A stretch of DNA of 64,000 nt from Octopus bimaculoides (Eukaryota), in contig NC_068984.1 of assembly GCF_001194135.2 (NCBI RefSeq), positions 15,879,389 through 15,943,388 on the forward strand, given 5' to 3'. A program made the position numbers and the translations under genes. Under the pieces are notes generated by a model, which ran no database searches, was not told the DNA's origin, and saw only the letters and a list, made by a program, of their open reading frames with translations. Positions 12,179 to 23,453 of the stretch are shown here, one piece after another (positions within the stretch are counted from its first letter, which is position 1; each line of letters begins with the position of its first letter).

Positions 12179-12560
12179 CTACACCTTAGTCCTTTCATGG
12201 CGTCTGATGTGGCTTTTTAAACCAGACAATGTTTTGAAAAAACACCCACACAGATTGCACCTCTGATTTGTACTACCAATACCTGCAGGTAAGTTCTGCT
12301 CATTGTGGATCCTAACATGTCTTTTAAGACCCCCATTGGATTTGCAAGCCTTCTGGCATACACCACATTCAAACGTGTGCACAGACATATAATCAAAATA
12401 GCTGGTTGAAGTTTGTTTTCCATGGGTTCGCAGGTGAGATTTGAGGCTAGCCAAAGACAGGCATGGTCTGTCACAGACTGTGCACACAAAAAGGTCCTTG
12501 TCATTCACAATGTAAAGATCGAGATGTAAAGATCTGCCAAATGCGAGCTTTCTTTTCAGA
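12179..12560 (-). mobile_element. Three C2H2 zinc fingers; probable C-terminus of a LINE ORF
   Basis: CTVCDRPCLSLASLKSHLRTH, CGVCQKACKSNGGLKRHVRIH and CNLCGCFFKTLSGLKSHIRRH, then a stop at 12179-12181. Linkers are long and not TGEKP; no splice acceptor seen. Confidence 0.6.
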
Positions 12561-12569
12561 TGCTTCCCC

Positions 12570-13328
12570 CATCCCAGGGTCTCGCTGGCCCACACTTTCT
12601 ACACCCTCAGAGGTGGCACACTTAATGTTGGCACATTGAAAGGTAGGTCCAGTGAGATTGTCAAGATACTTGAACGGAGACGTGAAGATTTGTGTTGCAT
12701 CCAAGAAGTAAGGTGGAGAGGAAGTTCTGCTACGTTCCTCACAGGCAAAGAACACAGATATAAGATAAGATTTTCTGGGTAGGAAACATTGATGGGGTTG
12801 GGGGCGTGGATATCCTTCTTGCAGAGAAATGGGTTGATAAGGTAATAAAGGTAGTCAGAGTCTGTGACAGAATGCTTAAGCTTAGACTAGTGCTGCAACA
12901 TGGATTAGCAACCATTATCTCAGCCAGGGCTACCTGATGAACAGAAAGACCGATTTTATGACACCCTCTTGCAGACTACCTCGTTGATAAATGACTGGGA
13001 CCTTCTCTTTGTGGCTGGTGACTTCAACAGGCATGTTAGACAACATCCAGGGAGCTTCCATGGTGTTCATGGTGGCTATGGATTTGGTTCCTGCAATGAG
13101 GAGGGAACCAGGCTGCTGGAGTTCTGTGATGCAAATGATTTTATGATCGGTAATACTAACTTCAGGAAATCTGCCAGTCTGGTGGACACACTAGTCAGAT
13201 TGACTACATTCTTGCCAGGAAATGGGAAAGATGGCTACTTATAAATGCCCAAACTTCCCCAGGTGAAGAATGCACCCTACAACATAGGTTAGTAGTTAGT
13301 GACTTTAGGATCAGGGCTAAATGGCTCC
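12570..13328 (+). mobile_element. RTE-clade LINE apurinic-type endonuclease fragment, decayed
   Basis: GTLNVGTLKGRS...CCIQEVRWRG...LLAEKWVDKV...AGDFNRHV...GFGSCNEEGTRLLEFCDAND...HRLVVSDFRI, with frameshifts. Confidence 0.85.
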
Positions 13329-13649
13329 AGTGCAGGTGGCATATTAAAAGCACCATTCAAGTGTGGTCGATGCCAGTGCTGCCTGACTGGCTCCTGTGTC
13401 AGTGACATGTAAAAAGCAGCATTTGAGGGTGGCTGATGCCAGTACCGCCAGACTGGCTCCCGTGCCGGTGGTATGTAAAAAGCAGCCACTATACTCCCAG
13501 AGTGGTTGGCGTTAGGAAGGGCATCCAGCTGTAGAAACCTTGCCAGATCAGATTGGAGCCTGCTGCAAGCCTCCTGGCTTGTCAGCCTTCAGGCGAACCG
13601 TCCAACTCATGCCAGCATGGAAAGCAGACGTTAAACGATGATGATGATG

Positions 13650-13684
<35 letters not shown>

Positions 13685-13694
13685 AAGAAAGAGG

Positions 13695-13733
<39 letters not shown>

Positions 13734-13985
13734 GGATAGATAAAGGAGACAGATTAGATAGGTATATGCTCACACACACACACACAAACACACCCTGGGA
13801 AACCCACTCCCAAAAGTTTAGCCTCTAAATGTTATGGGTTACTAAATGATAGATTAAAAACTTTTCTTCTTTTTTTTCTGTTTTGTTTTAGAAAACTGGA
13901 AACATGGGGAAACGAAAAGAAAACAAAGCGAAATCAAACCCTGTCATAGAAAAGAGCAAAAGATCTGTCTCGGTTTAACTGTCTT

Positions 13986-13999
13986 GTTGCCATAGCAGC
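13986..13999 (+). promoter_or_regulatory. RFX X-box-like motif upstream of the C3orf84-like gene
   Basis: GTTGCCATAGCAGC, one mismatch from GTTGCCATAGCAAC, ~235 bp upstream of the ATG. Confidence 0.55.
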
Positions 14000-14232
14000 A
14001 GCAATGTAAACAAGTGTGTGTCTAGTAACTTGACGTTTATTTAACTTTTAAGACGTGGAGTGACTCCTTTTAATGTTTTTGCATATATGCTTTTTATTAA
14101 CTTGTATTAAGTGAAAACACAACAATTTAATTAATGGTTGAACAACAACGAACAATGCCAAATGAATGAAAGTGTGACAGGGACGAAGTATATACAAGAT
14201 TTATAAATCAATATTTGAATTTAACGTTGGTT

Positions 14233-14259
14233 ATGACAAGCAATATAACAGGTACCTGG
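14233..14259 (+). CDS. C3orf84: C3orf84-like ciliary/sperm protein, exon 1 (MTSNITGTW)
   Basis: ATG at 14233 and a perfect gtaagt donor at 14260; parallels the recalled human N-terminus MQSALVGSW. Confidence 0.7.
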
Positions 14260-14993
14260 GTAAGTTGACATAACAGTCGTTTTGATAGCAGGATTTTGTT
14301 TAACCAAAGCATTCTTTTAAAGAAAACATTTTTGCTTGATAAATATATTTACACATACATGTCCTCGTCATTGGTATCTCTCAAGAATTTGATTCCGTTG
14401 GGTTTATCCATGTTCTGGGATGGCTTGTATAGGCCTATCGTTGATATAAAAATGTCCTCATGGCAATGAAGACACAAGAATTGGAGCATGAATTGGTGTA
14501 AGAGACCACATTGTCAGCTTACTGTCCTCCCTTCGTCCGACCTTTTCTTCTGGGACCACCTTCTCAAATCTTTCCAGAACCTCTTTTTCACGTTTACAAT
14601 GCTTGTGTTTAAATTCTTTGTGATTTACATGTATTTATGACTACCATATAAAAATATAGACGGAAACAAGAAGTATTCAAAAGACATACACTCGCAAAAT
14701 AGACCACCCATTGACAAAAGAATAAGAAATCTTTTATCAATGGGTAGTCTACTATTCGGAGAAATTTCCGTTACATAAATATATCTATAATATCCTATCT
14801 TTTTTTCTTTAAACTGTTTCGATCTTTGGACTGTGTCCATGCTGGGACACTGTGTTAAAGAGTTTTAGTTGAATGAATCGATCCTTTTCTTGAAGCCTGG
14901 TACGTATTCTACCGATCTCTTTTATCCAATCGCTAAGTTACAGAGATGTAAAGAAAGCAGCACTGATTGTTTAGCGGTTGCGGAGGGCAAGCA

Positions 14994-15065
<72 letters not shown>

Positions 15066-15643
15066 GACACACGCACGCACGCACGCGCGCGCGTGCATGT
15101 GTTTGTATACGTGTGCACGACGGGCTTCTTTCAGTTTTTGTCTACCAAATCCACTGACAAGATTTTAGTCATCCTAAGGCAGCCGTAAAAGACGCTTGCT
15201 CAAGATGCCCCGCGGTGGAATTGAATCATATAGTTGCAAAGCAAACTTTTTACCACACAGCTACGCCTGTGTGTATTAATGTTTTTATTTTGAAAATTTC
15301 TTTGACGGAGGTTTTCAACTAAAAAAAATTAAGTTTTCTTGGGCGGGTTTAGACAACATCAACTAGGTAGAAATACAAGTGTGTGTATGTATGTGTGTGT
15401 GTACGGGCTTGCGTGCGCGCGCACACACATAAACACACCTTAAAGGTAAAAAGTAATAAATAAAAATGTTATATGCTATATCATCTTAAGACATATTGTG
15501 GCTGATATTGTACAGATATTCTACTAAGAAGATAAATTGTTAGTTAATTTAACTGTTAGAAATTTCCCCATAATCTATATTTAGATTCAGTGGAGCTAAG
15601 ATTTTGACATTTCAAATTTCTCCCACCCACCCCATTCCATCAC

Positions 15644-15686
<43 letters not shown>

Positions 15687-16060
15687 GTGTCTATACAAAA
15701 AAGATCCCTGGTTTTTAAATTTTCTGATGTCACATTGAGACCCCTCAAAAACTTGGATGTAATCAACATTTCATCTTATCTAAGGGTGTAAATGACATGC
15801 CCCCTACTGATTCAAACTATATGCTGTTATCTTCCATGTTCCCATCTTTTATCGAAATCAAAACATCATCATCATCATTGTCGTTTAACGTCCGCTTTCC
15901 ATGCTAGCATGGGTTGGACGATCTGACTGAGGACTGGTGAAACCAGATGGCCACACCAGGCTCCAATCTGATTTGGCAGAGTTTCTAAAGCTGGATGCCC
16001 TTCCTAATGCCAACCACTCAGAGAGTGTAGTGGGTGCTTTTACATGTCACCCGCACGAAG

Positions 16061-16385
16061 GCCAGTCAGGCGGTACTGGCAATGGCCACGTTCAAAATGG
16101 TGTATTTTATTTGCCACCTGCACAAGAGCCAGTTCAGGGGTACTGGCAACGATCTCACTCGAAAATCCTACAAAGGCCAGTCAGGCGGTACTGGCAAAGG
16201 CCACGCTCAAAATGGTGTATTTTATGTGCCACCTGCACAAGAGCCACTTCAGGGGCACTGGCAACGATCTCGCTCGAAAATCCTACAAAGGCCAGTCAGG
16301 TGATACTGGCAACGGCCATGCTCAAAATAGTGTATTTTATGTGCCACCTGCACAAGAGCCAGTCCAGGGCCACTGGCAACGAAAA
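16061..16385. repeat. 115-bp tandem repeat (~2.8 copies) inside a family B retroposon
   Basis: gccagtcagg recurs at 16061, 16176 and 16291. Confidence 0.9.
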
Positions 16386-16496
16386 ACAAAAGCAGGCATC
16401 CATTATGTGAATACTATGAAAGACAACAATTAAAACTAAGAAAAAGTTTCCTAATATCCACCAATCTTGTATATGTTTCGCAAGAATTTATCTGCA

Positions 16497-16830
16497 TATG
16501 AGGTCTGATCAAACGGTGTCAAGAATTTGTATGCAGAGTGAAGTTGCTTGGTACAGATTAACCTTGAACTTGGTACAGGTTAACCTTGAACTCGGTCGTG
16601 TGTGCACACTAAGTTATAACATTCTTGCTCATTTCCATTGTTTGTAGCGGTGCTTGGAAGTAAAGTGTAATAGAGTGTGAACAGCTCATTGAGAAAAATC
16701 TGGATGAAACTTTGCTAAAAGCTTGGTGATATCTGTGCAGAGACCTATGCAAAGTTGTGAAAGTGTACAGAGAGGAGTTGACAAAATGTTGCCAGTGACA
16801 CGTTCTGGGAGACCCATAGGGTTGGATTAA
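16497..16830 (+). mobile_element. 5' fragment of a mariner-like element
   Basis: TA followed by a tgaggtctgatcaaa TIR-like start; frameshifted KLGDICAETYAKL*KVYREE resembles the mariner N-terminal KLGKSATETY motif. Confidence 0.5.
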
Positions 16831-17124
16831 CCATTGCTGAGAGCTGGATCCAACCTGCAGGTTGTATGCTGGCACCCTCTCATGCATTAAAGGGAAATGC
16901 AAACATGCTGTGGAATCCCTTTTCTGTGACATGAGGACAGTAGGCACCTGTAGGTTTACCTGTTGGGTTCCTTTTTGTTTGGATGATTTTAGAAATAACA
17001 AAGATAATGTAAAAAAAAAAAAAATTAGAAATATCGATTACTCTTCATCTCAGTGGAGAGGTCTTGTCTTGTAACACAGATATTCATGGCATACTGGGGC
17101 TATGTAAAAAGGACCCAGTATACT

Positions 17125-17550
17125 CAGGGCTGGATTAAGACCCATCGAGGCCCTAAGCACTTAAATGATTTTGATGCCCCCATAAAAGATTATGTAATTC
17201 AAAATATAAACAATAACAAACCATAAAATAAATTTTTATTTTTCAAAATGAAACAAAACAGTAAGAGGGAAAATAATGTTTATTTTTGTATACTTCCACT
17301 TTATTTATATTTGAAAAGTTGCCTCCTACCTTTTTGAATTGCAAAGACTTTGATCAGATCCTCAAAATTAACCTTAGGTAACACATCTGCATCTGTACTT
17401 AGTAGAGATAAAGGCATTCTGAATATTATTTTAGCAAGTTTAAAGTAATTTCTTTCGTGCTGTAAACCATTTACCATTTCTGTGGTGCCCCCTCCTTCCT
17501 TTGATGCCCTAAGCACGTACTTATTTTGCTTAATGGTTAATCCAGTGCTG
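17125..17550 (-). mobile_element. hAT-derived non-autonomous element, copy 2, with TIRs and an 8-bp TSD
   Basis: TIRs cagggctggattaa / ttaatccagtgctg (12/14); TSD agtatact / agaacact; encodes the hAT-like C-terminal remnant LSLLSTDADVLPKVNFEDLIKVFAIQKGRR. Confidence 0.75.
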
Positions 17551-17974
17551 AGAACACTCTGTAAAGTGGTTGGCATTAAGAAGGGCATCCAGGTGTAAAA
17601 ACAAAGCCAAAGCAGACACTGAAATCTGATGCAGTCCTCTGGTTTTCCAGTTCGTCAAACTGTCCAACCCATGCCAGCATGGAAAGCAGACATTAAATGA
17701 CAGAGATGATGATGATGGAAGAGGAATAAAATACCTGCTTGAAGCTCTTGCTTTTTAATAAGGATTGGTAGATAAAGGAGCTCCCTATTGCTGATCAAGC
17801 TAACATGTCTGTTGTCCTCTGCTCTCTTTTATTTTAGAGTAAAAAGCTTGCCATGTCAGTCAAACTACACCTCATGACTTTGAAATTCACTTTGCATGTT
17901 GAGTACCCTCTGTTATAATAATCTTTGCCCAACCGATGCCTTGTGAATGGATTTGGTAGACAGAAACTGTGTGA

Positions 17975-18212
17975 AAGGCGGTGAGCTGGCAGAAATGTTA
18001 GCACGCCGGGCGAAATGCTTAGCGGTATTTTGTCTGCTGTTACGTTCTGAGTTCAAATTCCGCCGAGGTCGACTTTGCCTTTCATCCTTTCGGGGGTCGA
18101 TAAATTAAGTACCAGTTACGCACTGGGGAACGATGTAATTGACTTAATCCCTTTGTCTGTCCTTGTTTGTCCCCTCTATGTTTAGCCCCTTGTGGTCAAT
18201 AAAGAAATAAGA
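17975..18212 (+). mobile_element. SINE family A copy inserted into a CORE-type SINE
   Basis: agaaactgtgtgaaag duplicated at 17962-17977 and 18210-18225. Confidence 0.85.
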
Positions 18213-18510
18213 AACTGTGTGAAAGCCCATTGTATATATGTATGTATGTGTGTGTGTGTGTGCGTGTGTGTGTATTAGAGTAGTGATGGGAGACAAACAC
18301 AAAGACACACATACACACATGTACACATGTGCGTGCGCACACACACACACACACACTGTATGTATGTACATGCATGCACACACACACACACACATATATG
18401 TATGTACATGCATGCATGTGTGCATGTGCATGTTTGTGTGTGCATTTGTGTGTGCGTGTGTGTGTGTTTTCGTGTTTGTCTCTCATCACTACTTGACAAC
18501 CAGTGTTGAT

Positions 18511-19522
18511 TTAATGTGACAGTCCCCTGAAGGGAATAATACTACTGTTGGTTAGACCGAGGAAGCTGCACTGCTTCCTGTCGGCCTTGACACATTTCCT
18601 GTGTCCTTATGTTTGCAAGGGGGAGACAAGCACCTCCACCCAGCTAGGCCTGCATCCAGAGACATGTTTCTGAGTCTTTGCTCATCATCAGTCTGGAGTA
18701 GCAATGGCCTGCTACTCGAAGATGCCTGTCAAGTTCTTGTAAACATATAATAATTCTAGTGAAATACATTCACTGATTTCAAATTTAGAAATCATCATCA
18801 TCATCATCATCGTTTAACGTCCGCTTTCCATGCTAGCATGGGTTGGATGATTTGACTGAGGACTGGTGAACCAGATGGCTACACCAGGCTCCAATCTGAT
18901 TTGGCAGAGTTTCTACAGCTGGATGCCCTTCCTAATGCCGACCACTCCGAGAGTGTAGTGGATGCTTTTACGTGCCATCGGCATGAAGGCCAGTCAGGAG
19001 GTACTGGCAATGGTCACGCTCGAAATGGTGTATTTTACGTGCTACCTGCAGAGAAGCCAGTCCAGCGGTACTGGCAATGAACTTGCTCGAATGTCTTTTC
19101 ACGTGCCACTGGCACAAGTGCCAGGAGGGCGATGTTGGTAACAATCACGCTCAAATGGTACTATTTATGTGCCCCTGGCATGGAAGCCAGACGGCTGGTG
19201 CTCTGGCAACGATCACGCTCGGACGGTGCTCTTAGTCCTCCACTGGTACAGGTGCCATCACGATTTCGCTTTCGCTTGCCCCAACAGGTCTTCACAAGCC
19301 AAGTTTAGTGTTGAATGAAGAGACGTTGGCATGGGTGCCAGTCTACAGATTTAGTTCAATTTCGATTTCGATTTCACTTGCCTCAACAGGTCTTCGCAAG
19401 CGGAGTTTAGTGTCCAATGAAGGAATTTTACGCGTAAGTGGGTTGGCTACATCCCAGGCAGAGTAATGCATTTTTAAATCTCTCAGGAAGATTTATGCAG
19501 TAGTGATATGATGAAGTAGTTG
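18511..19522 (-). mobile_element. Hammerhead-bearing non-coding element (Penelope/retrozyme-like), interrupted by a family B insertion at ~18792-19465
   Basis: Contains the hammerhead at 18655-18697; 18511-18579 and 19469-19522 recur at 23756-23824 and 23690-23743 in permuted order. Confidence 0.65.
18655..18697 (-). ncRNA. Minimal type I hammerhead ribozyme
   Basis: Minus strand UCCAGA-CUGAUGA-UGAG(CAAAGA)CUCA-GAAA-CAUG-UC-UCUGGA: 6-bp helix I, intact core, 4-bp helix II, palindromic ACAUGU helix III and a GUC cleavage triplet. Confidence 0.85.
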
Positions 19523-19682
19523 CTGAGAGGGATTTCTTTGGGTAAGCAGATAGAAAATTACAGTTGCTACTCAAGGACAAAAATCATGTTAAATAGTGTT
19601 ACCTGTCATATAATTTCAATTGTGTTTTGTTTTTCTACTTGCATCATCAGTCTCTTTTTTTCTTTCTTTCTTTTTTATTTAG

Positions 19683-19799
19683 TTTCCTTCTGGTTTCCAT
19701 GGCTATACCAAAATCTCTGAGTCTCGGAATGATGTAAATACTTTATATCGGCAACTAGCTAAACCTCATCCACCAAACAAATTCATGTGGAGAGTAACG
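19683..19799 (+). CDS. C3orf84: C3orf84-like protein, exon 2 (FPSGFHGYTKISESRNDVNTLYRQLAKPHPPNKFMWRVT)
   Basis: Long polypyrimidine tract + ag, phase 0-0, 117 nt. An alternative donor 6 nt earlier is possible. Confidence 0.75.
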
Positions 19800-20904
19800 G
19801 TAACATAAAGTGAATTATTTCCAAAGCATTTTGTTATAAATGAAATTGTGTGTTTTGAATGAATAATATATCTGGGTTGGGTTAATTAACAAAACCCCTG
19901 ACAAGTAGAATTCCGATAAGAGAATTCCTTGCAAGCTTGCTTTCTAAGCTAAACTAAGGGAATCTTTATAGAAAGATCTGCTTCTTGCAAGAGATTGCAT
20001 GTACACACCATCTCTTTTGTCTTTTTATCTTTTATTCTTTTAGTCTTTTACTTGTTTCAGTCATTTGACTGTGGCCATACTGGAGCACCGCCTTTAGTCG
20101 AGCAAATCGACCCCAGGACTTATTCTTTGTAAGCCTGGTACTTATTCTATCGGTCTCTTTTGCCGAACCGCTAAGTTACGGGGGCATAAACACACCAGCA
20201 TCGGTCGTCAAGCGATGTTGGGGGGACAAACACAGACACACAAACATATACACACACACATACATATACATATATATACATATATATGACAGGCTTCTTT
20301 CAGTTTCCATCTACCAAATCCACTCACAAGGCTTTGGTTGGCCCGAGGCTATAGTAGAAGACACTTGCCCAAGGTGCCATGCAGTGGGAATGAACCCAGA
20401 ACCATGTGGTTGGTAAGCAAGCTACATTCCACACAACCAACCCTGATTAGATTTTGGGATCAATCTGGTACCGGACAAGGATTCTGGATTATTTTCCCAT
20501 TTTTTAAACTTAATTTTTGACACTTGTCAGGGTCATTTTTAGTATTCTAATCTGTGAGAACAATCGAGTTTGTTTCAGATAGTCTCATATTAAAAAATCA
20601 TCCCCGGCTAATTGTTGAGAGGACCTTGGTGTTGCCTCAGCAGAGGTTTTCGCTCTGAGTGCTCTTGTTATTATTATTTTTATTATTAAGCAGCGAGTTA
20701 CTGGGTGAAATGTTTAGCAGTATTTCATCTGTTTTCGTGTTCTGAGTTCAAATTCCTCCAAGGTCGAGTTTGCCTTTCCTCCTTTCGGGGTCGATAAATT
20801 AAGTACCAGTGAAACACTGGAATTGACTAGTCTCCTCCCCAAAAATCGCTGCCCTTGTGGCAAAATTTGAAATCATTATTATTATTATTATTATTATTAT
20901 TAGT

Positions 20905-21220
20905 TATTGCCTTTGCACAGCTTCTAATGCTGGAGATGTACTACGGTACCAGCTGTTCACTACCGGTGAACTAAGGTAACACCCCTTATTTTTTGAGCAC
21001 CATCTGGAGTGTTTGAGTGGTTCCAAGCAATGCTGTTTTCTGCAAGTGCTCCACCCTTATTACAGCCCCTACTTGTTCCATGTACTTCTCAAGATTTTTA
21101 CTCACTGTTCCCAGGGCTCCGACAATTAGAGGTACTACTACCACCTTTTTCATTGACCACAACTGCTTAACCTCCTAAGCTAACTTGTCATACCTATCAA
21201 CTTTTTTTCTTCCTTATCAC
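20905..21220 (-). mobile_element. 3' end of a restriction-like-endonuclease non-LTR retrotransposon (R4/Dong-like)
   Basis: VDRYDKLA*EVKQLWSMKKVVVVPLIVGALGTVSKNLEKYMEQVG...LQKTALLGTTQTLQMVLKK*, with the stop at 20986-20988; (TTA)n on both sides. Confidence 0.75.
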
Positions 21221-21233
21221 ATCATCATCATCA

Positions 21234-21327
<94 letters not shown>

Positions 21328-21384
21328 CATTAAGGCTGCAAGCTGGCAAAATCATTAGCATGCCAGGCAAAAATGTTTTGTGGC

Positions 21385-23316
21385 ATTTTGTCCATCCTTA
21401 AATATTGCATTGTGGCATCATTGTCATTTTGTAATTCTTTCAATTCCTCCTGAACATCATCTTCACAATCAACTGCATTGACCTCAAACGAATTGTTATA
21501 CCAATTTGGAATTACCACAATAACATCTTGAAATGTGCTGTGCGTGAGAAGACCCGGCAAGCCAAGTAAGATCGTTGCCAGTGCCCCTGGACTGGCTCTT
21601 GTGCGGGTGGCACATGAGATGCACCATTTTGAGCGTGGCCGTTGCCAGTACCGCCTGATTGGCTCCCGTAGGATTTTCGAGTGAGATCGTTGCCAGTGCC
21701 CCTGGACTGGCTTGTGCGGGTGGCACATAAAAGACACCATTTCGAGCGTGGCCGTTTTTGTGCGGGTGACACGTAAAAGCACCCACTACACTCTCTGAGT
21801 GGTTGGCGTTAGGAAGGGCATCCAGCTGTAGAAACTCTGCCAAATTAGATTGGAGCCTGGTGTTGCCATCCGGTTTCACCAGTCCTCAGTCAAATCGTCC
21901 AACCCATGCTAGCATGGAAAGCGGACGTTAAACGACGATGATGATGATGATGATGAAATCGCTCCACCATATTATCATGCAATGATTGTAAATAGTTGTG
22001 ATATGTAGTTAAATCCTCATCAACTAATTCATCTTTCAAAGAATCAAGTTGTGGAAATTGATGGAATTGACATTTTGAAATGTTGGTCTCATACAACACT
22101 AATTTCGAAATGAATGTAGTGATAAATGTAGTGATAAATGATTTACAATAACTTATTCAAATCATTTAATTTTGTGAATATATCACAAAGAAAAAAGGAT
22201 ATTGCACCTTGCAGCCATCAATGAAGTGGATAGTGGAGTATCTTCAAAGAAAGATATGATTATATGAAACAAGTGCAACAAAGCAAAAAACACAGTTTCC
22301 TTTTGACAGCCACCACATTTTGGTATGGTATAAGACTTTAGTATGGTCCTCATCATTTCTCAGACAGAGTTGACAGAAAATTCGATCAGACAAGGGACTG
22401 GACTTCAATTTGTTTACAGTCTTGATAACTAACTGTAGCGCATCATTCAATCTACTGTTCATATTTTTACCACTAATTTATGCTGGTGTGCCAAGCAATG
22501 AACAGTTAGTATCTGGTGGGAAATTTCACGCTTTAGGAGAGATGAAAAACCTTTGTATCTTCCTATCATTGAAGGGACTCCATCAGACACACAAGCGAGA
22601 ATATTACTGAGTGGGATATTATGTTCAAAAAGGAAAGACTTGTGAGGGTGAAAAATAGTTGCACCTTTTGAATCAAGTGGCAATTTCTCTGTGAACAGCA
22701 TTTCCTCACAATGTTGAAGGTTTTCACTGAAATACCGAATATATACCATCATCAAACATTGACTGTCTACAATAGTTGACTCATCCACTTGTATAGAAAA
22801 TTCAGAACGCTGGAGAATATTAATGAGCTGATGTTTGTTGGGCATTTTATCGATGCTTCGAGAAATTGTGTTATTACTAAGCAGGATCATTTTCATAATG
22901 TTATCGGGTTTTTCATGCATAACAGTTGACAAAACCTCTTTGATAACTGGGTGAAGTAATGTTTCTCCAATTGTGTGAAACTTCCCAGACTTAGCAACAA
23001 GCAATACAATGTTGTACGATGCAATCAGCCCGTCATTCTCCTGTTTACTAGTTTCCTGGAGTAGCATGTTGAATGTTTGTATTTACCTTTTGAAATAGGA
23101 GCTCAGTTGCAAAAATTATGATAATAGCTTGTCCTTCATGTCAGAATGCTTTGCTCCAAAGGGATACTTCAAGCGTGAAGGTTTCATTGCTTCGTTGGTC
23201 AATGTTTGATGGCAAAGAAAGCACATTGGTATCTGACAGTTCTGAGGAGAGGGAATAAATCCAAATGACAAATAATCACTACTGTACTGTTGACAAATTT
23301 TCTTGACTAGAGACAT
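21385..23316 (-). pseudogene. hAT Buster/Charlie-type (ZBED5/ZBED8-like) transposase fossil
   Basis: YSSDYLSFGF..PMCFLC..NEAMKPSRL, SYNIVLLVAKSGKFHTIGE, FSIQVDEST, DGVPSMIG..KGF, HCLAHQ, VLYHTKMWWLSKG, ERFQD; several frameshifts; a SINE inserted at 21535-21953. Confidence 0.9.
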
Positions 23317-23412
23317 CAGTACTTATTCTAGTGGTCTTTTTTGCTGAACTACTAAGCTATGAGGATGCAAACACACAAATACCGGTTCTGAAGTGGTGGA
23401 GGGGGTGACACG

Positions 23413-23443
<31 letters not shown>

Positions 23444-23453
23444 ACACACACAC

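Noticed and set aside
14380-14625. Protein-like minus-strand stretch (KRFWKDLRRW...CLHCHEDIF) in intron 1 of the plus-strand gene
   Set aside because: Contains a stop, has no recognisable motif and no clear splice sites; cannot be supported.
15937-16433. Overlapping 90-157 aa ORFs and a regularly spaced repeat that could suggest a CRISPR-like array
   Set aside because: A 115-bp tandem repeat within a retroposon, with no unique spacers; eukaryotic context.
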